Both the position numbers and the translations under genes were made by a program. A stretch of 64,000 nt of DNA from Mobula hypostoma (Eukaryota): contig NC_086097.1 of NCBI RefSeq assembly GCF_963921235.1, positions 137,022,001-137,086,000 on the forward strand, written 5' to 3'. Numbering within the stretch: position 1 is the first letter of the stretch; each line of letters starts with the position of its first letter. Shown here piece after piece: positions 1 to 12,230 of the stretch. The notes below the pieces were generated by a model. It did no database searches, had not been told where the DNA came from, and saw only the letters and a list, made by a program, of their open reading frames with translations.

Positions 1-420
1 AATTGTCAACATTTCAAACCAAAACATCGACAATCTTTCCCCCTCAACAGATGCGGCTTGATGCATTTCTTTTTCCACTAAATTGTTGATTGCTCCAGAT
101 TCCAGCACCTGCAGTCTCATATCTCCTTTGGAGGAATTAATTGGATCACTCTTTCCAAAATAAGCAGTGTATGCAGAATGGTTCCTTCCTGTGCTTCTTG
201 TTCCATCTTTCTCTAAATCCTTTCTGAAGTAAAATGATCAAAGTTTCCCCAAACTTAAGACAACTTGATCCAAATTGTTTGATTCCAACGAGATTAGAAC
301 TACTCTCTCAGCTCTTTCCAACACCTACATTCCCTCAAAGTAACTCTTCCTGTGGATACCGGAGGTACAGGCTGGACCCTGTGCAAACCAATTGCAGACC
401 ATTCTCTGACTTGGACTTAC

Positions 421-537
421 CTTGGAGGGATTGGATAAGCACTCTATAGGTAGTGGCATGTTGGTGTAACTGCCAGCGGGTGCACATGGTTGTCATCCGA
501 ACATCATACGAGGCAAGATTTGTCACCCCGAGATATA
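421..537 (-). CDS. COL14A1: COL14A1 exon, FN3-8 first half ([39 protein letters not shown])
   Basis: ttgtag|TA acceptor, G|gtaagt donor, 117 nt, phase 1-1. Confidence 0.94.
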
Positions 538-1491
538 CTACAAGAGAGATTGTGGTAGTGGACAGTTAGCTTCACGTGACAGAGGAGACACTCAAACTTA
601 CACCATGCATTTATGATCCCAGTGGTGGGAATGAAGCATCTATTACAGAGTTGCAACCTGGAAATCTAATTTCACGCAAGTAACGTCTGGACTTCAAGTA
701 ATGTAATCAGGTCACATGGGTGTGCGGAATAAGCCACACCTACAAAATATCTCTGCAAATCTTAGACCGATGGCAAAGCCCTATTTTGCCGTCTGCCAAA
801 GCTGTCACGGATTTTATAAGCTTCTGAACATTCCTGATATTTGTCAAAATTCAAAGGATATTAGCAATGAAAAATAAATAAAACACTTCTATTTTTAAGA
901 AATAAAAGTAAATGAATAATTTAAAATATTAAGATAGAAACAAACAAATCTGGTTTGTTGCTCTTAATGTCTTCACAAATTTGTATGGAATCCTGTACTC
1001 AGGAAGGTTGCATAGGTACACTAAGCAACAATCTGCTGGAGGAAAATTGGGTTTGAGCAACATCTGAAGTATGGTCTCAACCCAAAATATTGACAATTGG
1101 TTTCTCCCCACAGATGCTACTCGACTTGCTGAATTCCTCCAGCAGATAGTTTGTTGCTGTGTATTCCAGCTTCTGAAGTCTCTGGTGTCCTATGGGCATT
1201 CCCAACAGCAGGCTCCATGGAGTCAGTGCTGATGAATTTTGGGAGCATCCAGACGACGCAGGCTCTGAGCTGGAGCACTACCGTGAAAGCTCAAGCAGAG
1301 CTTGGCCAGGAAGATGGAAACTTCCACATAAATAGAGGAGATTTGGACTTGGCAGCACTGGCAACCCCATGGCACGGCCACTCCTCTCCGGGGAGCCCTA
1401 ACGTGCCGTTAAGGCAAATCCAAGATTCGGATGCACGCTTCAGGAAGCAGCACACTCCTCAGCATCAACACAGGCAGAGAAAACATCTTAC

Positions 1492-1641
1492 GTGTCTTGG
1501 CTCTTCCTATCAGCGGCTTGCTGGAACCTGTGGAGTACGTTGCAAACACTTTGACGAGGTATTCGGTTCCACTGAGTAGGTTAAGAATGAACATGGTGTT
1601 CACGTCATCTCCAACAAAGGTATCTAGAACTGGCCCAGGAG
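1492..1641 (-). CDS. COL14A1: COL14A1 exon, FN3-7 second half ([50 protein letters not shown])
   Basis: tttcag|CT acceptor, C|gtaaga donor, 150 nt, phase 1-1. Confidence 0.95.
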
Positions 1642-1694
1642 CTGAAAGTGACAACAAATGCAGAGGAATCACACCGTGAACATCTCTTCTGGAG

Positions 1695-1777
1695 CAGGGG
1701 CTCCCAGCTTTTTTTTTAAATGCCATTGACCAATACCATCAAGCAAGGGTCCATGGGCCCCAAGTTGGGAACCACTG
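1695..1777. mobile_element. 83-bp hAT-type MITE
   Basis: Imperfect TIRs CAGGGGCTCCCAGCTT / AAGTTGGGAACCACTG; degenerate TSD TTCTGGAG / TTCCAGAG. Confidence 0.7.
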
Positions 1778-2893
1778 TTCCAGAGAAACTGAGAGCTGAA
1801 TCAGAAGTAATCTGAAAAAGATCCAAATCTGATATGACAAGCTTCTCACTGCATTATGGTGCATGTGACAATAATAACCCAATTTCAAAGTTCAGATGGG
1901 AATATGGACAAACAGAAACATTGAGTGTTAGTCCCAGATCCTTCATGAATTCTATCAGTTCAGTGGAAGGGTCTATCTGTATTGCAATAATGAAGTAAGA
2001 AGGACATCCAGCCCATTTTGGCAGCTCCCAGTAAAGCAATCCCATTAGTATCTGATAACTCGGGTGTCCAGAGAATATAAAGCTCCGATTAGGCCATATA
2101 TGGAGAATTATATTCAGTTCTGCTCACCCCATTACAGGAAGGATGTGGGGGCTGTGATGAGGGCATAGAGGTGGGTTAGCAGGATGTTACCTCAGTCAGA
2201 GGGCACGTGCTTTGAGGAGAAGTTGGACAAACTTTAATTCTTTACTCTGTAGCAGCAGTGGCTGAAGGGGAAACCTGACAGAAATTTGTAAGATTGAGAG
2301 GCATAGATGTAACAAACAACTGGTATCTTTCTCTCCAAATTGAAATATCGAATACCAGCGGATGTGCTTTTAAGGTGGGGGAGCGTGGGGAGAGGAGTGG
2401 AAATGTAAAAGAGGTGTTCAGGGCAAGTGTTTTTAAAGCAGAGAGAGAAGTGGGTGTCTGGAATGTATTGCCAGGGCTGGTGGTGGAAACAAATACAATA
2501 AAAACATTTTAGAGATTCTTAGAGAGACACATGAATGTGCAGAGAAATGGACGGATATGGACGTTACGTAGGCGGAAGAGATTAGTTTGGTTAGGTGTTT
2601 AATTCTAGTTTAAATAGCCTGACACAACCGTTCTATGTGTGTGTACTAACGTCAGACCTTACTGACCACCTTCGTAGAACAACACCTCCATCACAGGAAT
2701 CCATCAACCCACTTGAACCCTTGTGAGGCAATTCAATACCTCAGCAAGGAGAAGGCCCTTCAACCCATCATGTCTGTTCTGGCCTTTCCCCCACTAAATC
2801 CAAATTATAACTGGGATAGAACCATGCATACTTAAAAGTTTTTGTAAAATGTTGAGACATCTTCTTAGCTTTACTGAACAAAGATAGAAATAC

Positions 2894-3016
2894 CAGATGC
2901 AGAGGTGTACACCACTCGGTAGCCCATAGTTGGTGATGGTGGAGGGTCCCATCTAATCCGGAAACGGTTGTACCATTCATCTGACACTTGCAGGTTTGTG
3001 GGACCGGACAGTGCCA
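2894..3016 (-). CDS. COL14A1: COL14A1 exon, FN3-7 first half ([41 protein letters not shown])
   Basis: Translated by hand. ttgcag|TG acceptor, G|gtattt donor (weak), 123 nt, phase 1-1. Confidence 0.92.
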
Positions 3017-3717
3017 CTGCAATCAGAAGTAATCACCAGAGGTAATTCAGTGTTTTGTAAAAATGTTCATCAAATTAATAAACTGCCCAGTCTCCGTGGA
3101 CAGCTGTTGCTGGGGGGCCACACTGGCCCCGTAGGGTCAGGGTATTGTGGGTTTGAGAACCAGCTTCAGGGATTTGAGCACCAAATTCAGGATGGGCAAT
3201 GCCGTACCAGCACAGTGTCACCATCACAACTGCACTCTTCAGTGAGACGACCTGCCTCTCCGGTGGAAAGAAATATTCCTGAGTCACCACTTTAAAGACA
3301 AAAAGGAGTGTGCTCCCATAGTTTTGTTTTCTCCCACGCCGCTGCTCCCTCTTGCAGTTTACCTCCTCCCCCTGCACCACACAGACAGTCCCCCTCCCTT
3401 GCACAGCCTCTCTCTATCCACTTCACAGCATTCTTCTCCCTTCCTAAACGTCTAACTCTCTTCCTCGCCCTACTGACCTTCCTTCACCATCTCTCACTCT
3501 CCTCCCACTCCCCCAGCCTCACTCTTTTTCTTGCGCATTCTCTCCCCTCCTTCACTCCTGCACCGACACAGACATTCCCAGCTACGAAGGCTGAGGAACA
3601 GCCGATGGATCAGCCAGGCCAGATGTACTTCCAGTAATTTCACCATCAAGGTTGCTTCACCCCACCTGCTCCCCCAGATGGATAGGAGTTACCTCATTAA
3701 GTGGACCCCTCACTTAC

Positions 3718-3847
3718 ATGTCTTCCCCGTAACCGTGAGGCTGGCGCCTTCTCCGTCGACATAAATCGGCGTTACTGTAATTTGGTATGCGGTGTCCGAA
3801 AGCAGAGGTTGGAGGATGAGGGTGTTCTCTCTCCCTGGAACCATCAC
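3718..3847 (-). CDS. COL14A1: COL14A1 exon, FN3-6 second half ([43 protein letters not shown])
   Basis: attcag|GTG acceptor, T|gtaagt donor, 130 nt, phase 0-1. Confidence 0.95.
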
Positions 3848-6023
3848 CTGAATAACATGGACAGTCAGCAGTTGGCGTATAATGGAGGAGAAGCTCACAG
3901 CTCTTTGAAGTGATTACTACTTCCAAACGTACTCCACAGAAGGGTGAACGTGACAGAAAGTTTGACCTGAACCAGATAAGGAGGTGTGGGGCCACATGGC
4001 AAGAGCTTGGTATGAGCAACAATTTATAAGGAGGAGAACGAGGTGGGGAGGCAGAGAGGGAGTCTGGTTCACACCCGCAGCTCATGAATTAGGTAACCAG
4101 TGTCACAACTTCCACAGGTAGAAGTGAGGTGCAAAGGTAAAGGTAGATAAGCTCCATTTGTCACACGTATACCCAAATGTCAAAACAGAGCAAAATGCAC
4201 CAATGTAGCGAGTCCACAACTTACTGACCCTTACCCATACGTCTTTAGAATGTGGGAGGAAGAACCCTGAAGAAACCCACATGGTCACACGCAGAACATC
4301 TTACAGGCAGTGGCGGGATTAGTACCTTGATCACTGGTGCTGTAAGGGATTACGCTAACTACTCAACTACCATGTTGCCGTGATCAAAAAGTTCTCAGAG
4401 CGTTAAACAAGATCACCAGGAACACAAGAGCAGAGAATAGGTTCCTAGAGCTCACCCTATCATCAACAAAGATCATGGTTGATCCAATCGTGGCCTCAAC
4501 ACCACTTACTCTCTCCATACTCCTTGTCATTGAAACATGTGTCAATCTCTGCCCGAATCTGTTCAATGACTCCACCTCCACAGTTCACTGGGGTAGGGAA
4601 TCCCAAAGATCCACAACTCCTTGAGCAAAAGAAATCCTTCTGATCATTGCCTTTAGTCAGTGGCCCTTGCTCACCAGATCTAAGCCACCTGGGGTGTTAT
4701 GTTGCAGTTGTATGAGACATTGGTGAAGCATTTGGAATATTCCATTCCATTCCACATTTGTAATGTTCTATTCAGTTTTAATCACCCTGTTAAGACCATA
4801 AGCATAAGATAAAGGAGCAGAATTAGGCCATTTGGCCCATCGAGTCTGGTCTACCATTTCATCATGGCTGATCCATTTTTCCTCTCAGCCCAAATCTCCT
4901 GCCATCTTCCCCTGTATCCCTTCATGCCCTGACCAATCAAGAATCTATGAACCTCTGCCTTAAATATACATAAAGACTTGGCCTCCACAGCTGCCTGTGG
5001 GAAAAAATTCCACAGATTCACTACACTTTGGCTAAGCAGCCTCATGTGTGGCACCTTGTCAAAGGCCTTCTCAAAATCCAAGTACAGTACACAATATCAG
5101 CTCATTCTCCTTTGTCTATCCTACTCATTATTTCTCCAAAGAATTCCAACAGATTTGTCAGGCAAGGTTTTTCGTTGAGGAAACCATGCTGAATACAGCC
5201 CAATTTACCATGTGCCTCCAAGTACCCAGAGACCTCATCCTTAATAATCGACTCCAACATCTTCCCAACTACTGAGGGCACTTGTCAGCCTTTATCCTCA
5301 TTAGTCCAGTAGTTTTTCCCCAGTGTACTGCTGGTGGGAGAAAGGGACAGGCAATGGAAGGTCCTGACAAGGATAGATTGATAAAAGGGAGCTTTTCTGG
5401 AATGGAAGTTACATTAAAACACAGACAGATGGGAATAGGCTTTGGCACAAGTGGAGGATGAGTAGAGCTCTGTGATGAGTTCAGGTTTGGAAAGAACTGG
5501 GATTGTAAAACTGGCCATGGAAACATAAGGTCAATTGAAAATCAAAGAGCTGCAGATGCTGGAAGTCTGAAATAAAAAAAAGACCCTGGAAACACTCAAC
5601 AGATTAGGCAGCATCTGTAGAGACACAGGGACAGGGACAGGGACGGGGGGAGGGGGGGAATAGGGTTAATGATTGATCTCTGTGAACCTTTATCAGAACC
5701 ATAAAATTAGGAAAACAATGTAGTTTTAAGTTGTATAAAGGATTGGGGAGAGATGGATGGGACAAAAGGGATATCTCTGAGAAGGTGATGCTCCGGTTGT
5801 CATGGGGATACTTTTGTTGAAGCTGACTGCTTGATAGATTAATGTAGGATTTTACAGGGAGGGTGAAAAGTCAGCGTATGAATAAAAGAGTGAAGAGAGA
5901 AAGAGAGATAACAGAAACACGGAAATAGATACGATTGTAGGACAAAGGGGTTGGAAGGTTGTAAAGGTTAGACAACGAGGAGGAAAGACCTCCCAAGGAA
6001 ATGAGGCTCCTGACCATCTAGGA

Positions 6024-7229
6024 CAGGGGTCCCCAACCTTTTTTGCATTGCGGACCGGTTTAATATTGACAATATTCTTGCGGACCGGCCGACCGGGGGG
6101 GTGGGGGTAAGGTTGCCAACGGACAAGAGTAGCAGTCAAATGCGTTGTTTACCCAGAAAGACTACAATGACCATGAAGCCTTGCGCGTGCACCCCAGTGC
6201 GCATGCGCTTCGTGACCTGCCGATTCCCCCCCACCAGCAAATCCTTTTTGGCGATTCTGTTCGTGGGGGTGGGTGTTAATCACTACTGGAATATAGGCGA
6301 TAAGTGGGTAATACACTCAATTTTGTTTCTAAAAGGGTTTATCTAACAAATTTAATATTAAACACACAGCGCATATTTTCCTCACATGAATATAGTGATG
6401 TCAATTATCAGGGGAGGACAGGGGAGCTTGAAGTAAGTGTTGAACAAACTTCCAGTAGAAGTGGTAGAGGCAGGTTCGATATTATCATTTAAAGAAAAAT
6501 TGGATAGGTATACGGACAGGAAAGGAATGGAAGGTTATGGGCTGTGGGCAGGTTGGTGGGACTAGTTGAGAGTAGCGTTCGACATGGACTAGAAGGGCCG
6601 AGAAGGCCTGTTTCTGTGCTGTAATTGTTATAGGGTCACTTATAAGTCAATAGCATCATAACATTTTAAGTAACATTTGGATATTAAACACACAGCACAT
6701 ATTTTCCCCGTATAAATATATAAAATCATTGCAACACACCAATATTGCTGAATCAGTGGGAGCCGTGGGCTTGTTTCCCTGCAACAAGACGGTCCTATCG
6801 AGGGGTGATGGGAGACAGCGATACTCGAAGGGGGTTCCTTAAGCCCAGTCTATTCCGCAATTTAGTTTTCGTTGCATTCATTGCAGAAAACTCTGCTTCG
6901 CAGAAAAATGTTGGAAATGGAAGCAACATTTTCAGTGCTTTCGTGGCTATCTCAGGATACTTAGCCTTGACTTTGATCCAAAATGCCAACAGAAATGTTA
7001 TGTCAAACATACTTTTCAGCCCATTTGCAAGCTCAAGGAGTTGATCTCCTTCCCACCCTGACACAGATGACGCGCGGGTCACGATCTCGCATGCGTAATG
7101 GCTGATCAACGGTCATGACAGGGAATGAGGAAAGGTGCAGCTGACCAAATCATATCGCTTCCTCGCGGCCCGGTAGCGCATGCTCTGCGGCCTGGTACCA
7201 GTCCGCGGCTCGGTGGTTGGGGACCGCTG
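6024..7229 (-). mobile_element. Non-autonomous hAT (Charlie/Buster-type) element retaining a transposase C-terminal fragment
   Basis: Same TIRs; perfect TSD ATCTAGGA. Minus-strand peptide FWIKVKAKYPEIATKALKMLLPFPTFFCEAEFSAMNATKTKLRNRL resembles the hAT dimerization domain. Confidence 0.93.
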
Positions 7230-7764
7230 ATCTAGGAGACAATGGACCGATGTTCAACGGTGAGGTCATGGTCCACTGGGAGTTAGGAGGAGATGACACC
7301 GAGACAGAGGTGGATGCTGTTGAAGGTTTGATATCACATCTTTAGGTAGGCCTAGCCCAGAAACTGTAGGGAACTGAGGATAGATCTCCTGGGCAAGAAA
7401 GGGAAGGAAAACATTACTGGTCCCACTAGGCCATTAGGAATAGAACAGTGCCTGGTTTTGATTTCGTGTTCATTAAGTCCCTGTTGGCTTGCTTCTTCAA
7501 GCCAGCGAGAGATACAACTGTAGCCCTGTATGTATGTCTACATACTGAGCTCTTTTCAGGCACAAAAGGTCACATTTGGTGACTGCATTCATTTGCTGAT
7601 TATCTTGCTTTACTATTAATAGCCAAACTAGTGCCAAAAATAGTGTTGTTTTCAACTGTTGTAACAGACACTGTAATAAAACTTGATTTCATAAATCAGT
7701 TATCTCCAAAAGTGAAGCTGAACAAATTCAGTAAGAGTCCTCTGCTACATTATTTCATCATATT

Positions 7765-8592
7765 GAACTGAATTGACTTTATTACTTACATCCTTCACAT
7801 ACATGAGGAGTAAAAATCTTTATGTCATGTCTTCGTCTAAATGTGCAACCATCGTAATTAATAATCATTTATAGTAAATAGAACAGTCGATGTCATATAG
7901 AGTACACTCAAGTCAGTGTGAGTTCATCAGTCTGATGGCCTGGTGGAAGAGGTTGTCCCGCTGCCTGTTGGTCCTGGCTTTTATGCTGCGGTACCATTTC
8001 CCGGATGGTAGCAGCTGGAATAGATTATGGTTGGGATGGTTTGCATTCCCAATGATCCTACGGGCCCTTTTTACACACCTGTCCTTGTAAATGTCCTGAA
8101 TCATGGGAAGATCACAACTACAGATATGCTGGGCTGTCCGCACCACTCTCTGCAGAGCCCTGCGATTCAGGGAGGTACAGTTCCCATACCAGGCAGTGAT
8201 GCAGCCTGTCAGGATGCTCTCAATTGTGCCCCTGTAGAAAGTTCTTGGGATTTGAGCACCCATACCAAACTTCTTCAACTGTCTGAGGTGAAAGAGGCGC
8301 TGTTGTCTACAGACCATGTGAGGTCCTCAGTGATGTGGATGCTGAGGAACTTGAAGCTGTTTACCCTCTCAACCCCAGATCCATTGATATCAATAGGGGT
8401 TAGCCTGTCTCCATTCCTTCTGTAATCCACAACCAGCTCCTTTGTTTTTGCGACATTGAGGGAGAGGTTGTTTTCTTGTCACTACTGTGTCGGAGAGATG
8501 ACTTCCTCCCTGTAGACCACCTCGTTATTGATTGAGATGAGGCCAATCAATGTTGTGTCGTTGGCAAATTTAATTAGCAGATTGGAGCTGTG
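7765..8592 (-). mobile_element. Rex1/Babar-like LINE 3' fragment
   Basis: Peptide QQRLFHLRQLKKFG...FYRGTIESILTGCITAWYGNC...LLPSGKWYRSIKARTNR; short-repeat tail at about 7765. Confidence 0.8.
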
Positions 8593-8692
8593 CCTCCCAA
8601 CCAAAGAGTTAGTTAAATACCCAACCAGATTCTCGACCTTTTTATACACTCTAACCCTTCAGTCTGCTAACATTCTAGTAATTAATGCCTAA

Positions 8693-9315
8693 GGAGGAGG
8701 AGGAGGAGATAGCCGCGCGCTGTGCGTGCACAGCCCTCCAGTGAAAATGATATCGTATCCGTTAAATAGGGGCCGTGGACAATTCTGATTTGATGGAGAC
8801 AGACGTGAAAGCACAATCTGGATAAATTTCTGAAACGCCAGTTCGTTGCCATTGTTACTGCGTGATCGAGAAATCTTCCGGAGGGAAGGCCCCAAAATCC
8901 CCGGCTTTGCCTGCTGCTGGCGACCGAGATTGAGGTCGAATCTTTCGGATAGAGATGGTGCTTGGTATTCGGTGTCGGAGGGCTGATCGGAGGCTCAAAG
9001 TTTTTGGATGACTCAGGGTCGGACTGTGGTCGGGCATGGCAGGGAGAGTTTTCTTCCTTCTCCCGTCTGCGTGAGATGTGGGACATTTGAGAGACTTTGA
9101 ACTTTACTGTGCTCATGGACTTTCTTCATCAAGTTATGGTATTGTTGCACTGTTGTAACTATATGTTATAATTACGTGGTTTTGTCAGTTTTTTCAGTCT
9201 TGGTTTGTCCTGTGTTTTGTGATATCACACCGGAGGAAATATTGTATCATTTCTTAATGCATGCATTACTAAATGACAATAAAAGAGGGCTGCATGTCTT
9301 CATAATCATCATAAT
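8693..9315 (+). mobile_element. Unclassified SINE-like or non-autonomous retroposon
   Basis: (GGA)n start, CpG-rich 5' half, AT-rich 3' end with AATAAA and a cataat-repeat tail. Confidence 0.5.
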
Positions 9316-10050
9316 TGCACAAAGCTCCAATTCAGTTCCCAGACTGAGCAGGCAGACCTTGCATGGACAGCCCACGGCTCAGGACTGTAGGACTGTGGCA
9401 CTTGGCACTGGTGAAACTGTGCACAAAGACCCATGTAGAGAACTCGCCCTTCCTGGCGTGGGTCCCCATGAGTCAGTTCAGGAGGCCCTTGACATTCACC
9501 ACACCCCCATCGTCAAGCTGGCTCTGCGACCATTTGCACAGTAGAATTCTCAGACAACACAAAAGATCCCACTATAACTCTTTCACCAGACAGTGGAGCC
9601 ATACTAAAGTGATATCAAAGCTGATTTTTAAAAATACTGACTAATTATGTTTCGAGGGAAGGGAGGTTTGAAATAATTGTGGAAGAATTAGGCTCTACAT
9701 AATTTTCAGGAACAGGGAAGATGTTCCGCCATTATGACTTAGCAGGGAGGTACACTTACAAGGGGTTTGGCAGTCTATTTCTAGCTACATTCCATGCCTA
9801 AGAGGCACAGACAAGAAAAGACCATCACTAACTGAAGCCTCAGAATATTGGTCTGTAACTCCACCTGTATAGGTACCACCATGTACAATGACAACAATAA
9901 TTTGAAACAAGTGAGATGTTACGTGTTAAAAACCGAAGATGTTGCTCTCCTCTTCACACTCACAGGTTACCCTTTACTCAGCCTTGTACTGGTAAGGACA
10001 GTTCTGGATACCAAAGTAAACATCTGAAGACTCATTCCAACCATGCTTAC

Positions 10051-10193
10051 CGCTTCTTCCGCCCGATCTCCTTTGAGAGAGACGTAAGAGACTCTGTACT
10101 GGGTGATGAAGGAATCAGCAGGCTCCCACGACACATGGACACTGAACGTGGTCTCGTCATCCAGGACCAGGTTCCTTATTCCAGATCGGACAA
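10051..10193 (-). CDS. COL14A1: COL14A1 exon, FN3-6 first half (VVRSGIRNLVLDDETTFSVHVSWEPADSFITQYRVSYVSLKGDRAEEA)
   Basis: gcttag|TT acceptor, GCG|gtaagc donor, 143 nt, phase 1-0. Confidence 0.93.
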
Positions 10194-10780
10194 CTAAGCC
10201 AAACAAAGCAGAGTGAATTAGAACCCGGAGCTTTGGGAATAGACTTGGTACTCGTCCTTGGGAAGCAATTGGTTGCTGAGACGGTATGGAATTGTGAGAA
10301 TGGAAGTACAGGGTCATACAGCTGATTGTGCTCTTTCTTGTGAAAACTGTGTACAATTTACATCCAAGTTATTTTTTTCTTCTGAATGCTGCTCATCTAA
10401 TGCGATGTGGCTGTGGTGCTGCTACAAGCAAGTTTTTCATTGCACCTGTGCATACATATGTGTGCGTTTGACAATAATCACGACCTTGATTTAGATGGTG
10501 ATAGTGTTGCTGTGTCAGGAATCAGGTGTGAACAAGTGTCTCCCATTTACTGCTCCTGTAACAATGAAACAGTGATCATCACACCAATCAGCTCCTGTTC
10601 TACATTTCCTAACTCCAAAGCCCTCACTCTAAATACACCCCAGCCCTTCCACTGCCCCAGCTCTCACCTTCTTCCTGCCACAACCACCACACTGCCCCCA
10701 GCCATACCACTCCTATGTTTTGGATTTATAGATTCCACTTATTCGACATTACTGATAAAGTTTTCTCATTAACTACATAC

Positions 10781-10840
10781 CTACTGTAGTTGGAGGAAGA
10801 GTGGTTGTAGTGGTTGGTGTTGTCGTGACTATTTGCTGAA
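10781..10840 (-). CDS. COL14A1: COL14A1 60-nt Thr/Pro-rich linker exon (LQQIVTTTPTTTTTLPPTTV)
   Basis: ttacag|TT acceptor, G|gtatgt donor, phase 1-1. Occupies the position of the Thr-rich linker between FN3-5 and FN3-6 in human COL14A1. Confidence 0.85.
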
Positions 10841-10989
10841 CTGTAATTTGGAAATAGAGTTAAAATTAATTTTACAACATATCACCATTCAGAATAAAAT
10901 CTTATATTTATTTCATTACGTGGATCTGAGTTTTCCCCAGTCAGTTTATTAATTGAATAAACGTGTGAATTTAATGAGAAAACACCATA

Positions 10990-12230
10990 AAACCATAGAC
11001 ATAGGAGTATAATTGGGCCATTTGGCCCATTAAGTCCACTCAGCCATTCCATCATGGCAGATTTATTATGCCTTTCAATCCCATTCTCATGCCTTCTCCC
11101 CCTAAACTTTGATGCCCAGACTAATCAAGAACCCATCAACCTCTGCTTCAAATGTACTCAATGACCTGCCCTCCACACCAGTCTGTGGCAACGATTTCCA
11201 CAGATTCAGCACCTTCTGGCTAAAAAATTGCCTTCTCATCTTTGTTGCAAATGGACATCCCTCTATTCTATGCTAGGCCCTCTGGTCCTAGACTCGTCCA
11301 CTATAGGAATCATCCTCATCATATCCACTATAGCTAAGCCTTTTAATATTTGATAGGTTTCAATGAGATCTCCCCTCATTCTTCTAAACTCCAGCGAGTA
11401 CAGGCCCAGAGCCATCCAGTGCTCCCCATACGTTAACCCATTCATTCTTGGAATCGTTCTCGTAACTTTCCTCTGTACCCTCTCATGTGTGGCACCTCGC
11501 CAAAGGCCTTCTGAAAATCCACGTAAACATCCACCAATTCTCCTTTGTTATTTCCTCAAAGAATTCCAACAGATTTTTCGGGCAAGATTTCCCCTTAAGG
11601 AAACTATGCTGACTTTGGCCTGATCTATCATGTTCCTCCAAGTACCCTGAAAGCTTATCTTTAATAATGGACTCCAACATTTTACCAACCATTGAAGTCA
11701 GGCTAACTGACCTACGTACCTTTCTTCTGCTCCTTTCCTTTCTTAAAGCGTGGCGTGACTACCCCTCCAGCGTCATTCTTCATGGTCACAGAGTCTCCGA
11801 TCTCTCCCTGTCCAGCAGTATGCAAAGGGATACACTTGTTGCTGGAAGGAATAGCCGTGAGAAACCCTGCACTGACTACTTACTCCTCTTAATTTTCCTG
11901 GTGGTCTCCCATCTATTTGAAGCCTGCACTCTGGGTGTGACCACCTCAGTAAAAATCTCATCTTAGAGGTTTTCCTGAGCGCATCCAGTTCCAGCTCCTT
12001 GACCTTGTCGGTCAGGAGCTGCACGTGGATGCACTTCCTGCAGAAGTAGTCACCAGGGAGACAGTTAGGTACCCTGAAATCCCACGTCTCAGAGGAGGAG
12101 CATTCCATTGCACTGAACTACCATCCTAAAGACATCTGTCATCCCTCTAACTTCTCAAGCAAGTCCTAGCCTGCACCTGTTCTCGCCCAAGCCTAGCCAC
12201 TCTAACAACCATATCTAGTCATGGCCTGAA
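10990..12230 (-). mobile_element. Internally collapsed CR1 (ORF1 zinc-finger region, short ORF2 pieces, 3' end)
   Basis: Peptides ECSSSETW...DYFCRKC..QLLTDKVKELELDAL, VGKMLESIIKD...FLKGKSC and LGLYSLEFRRMRGDLIETY within 1.2 kb. Confidence 0.8.

Noticed and set aside
1151..1579. 142-aa plus-strand ORF and the many other short ORFs in the track
   Set aside because: No domains or splice support; they overlap repeats or are antisense to real exons, as expected by chance.
6795..7109. Domesticated hAT gene (ZBED5/Buster-like)
   Set aside because: Only a short C-terminal fragment inside TIRs and TSD; the copy at about 63505 has a stop in the same region.
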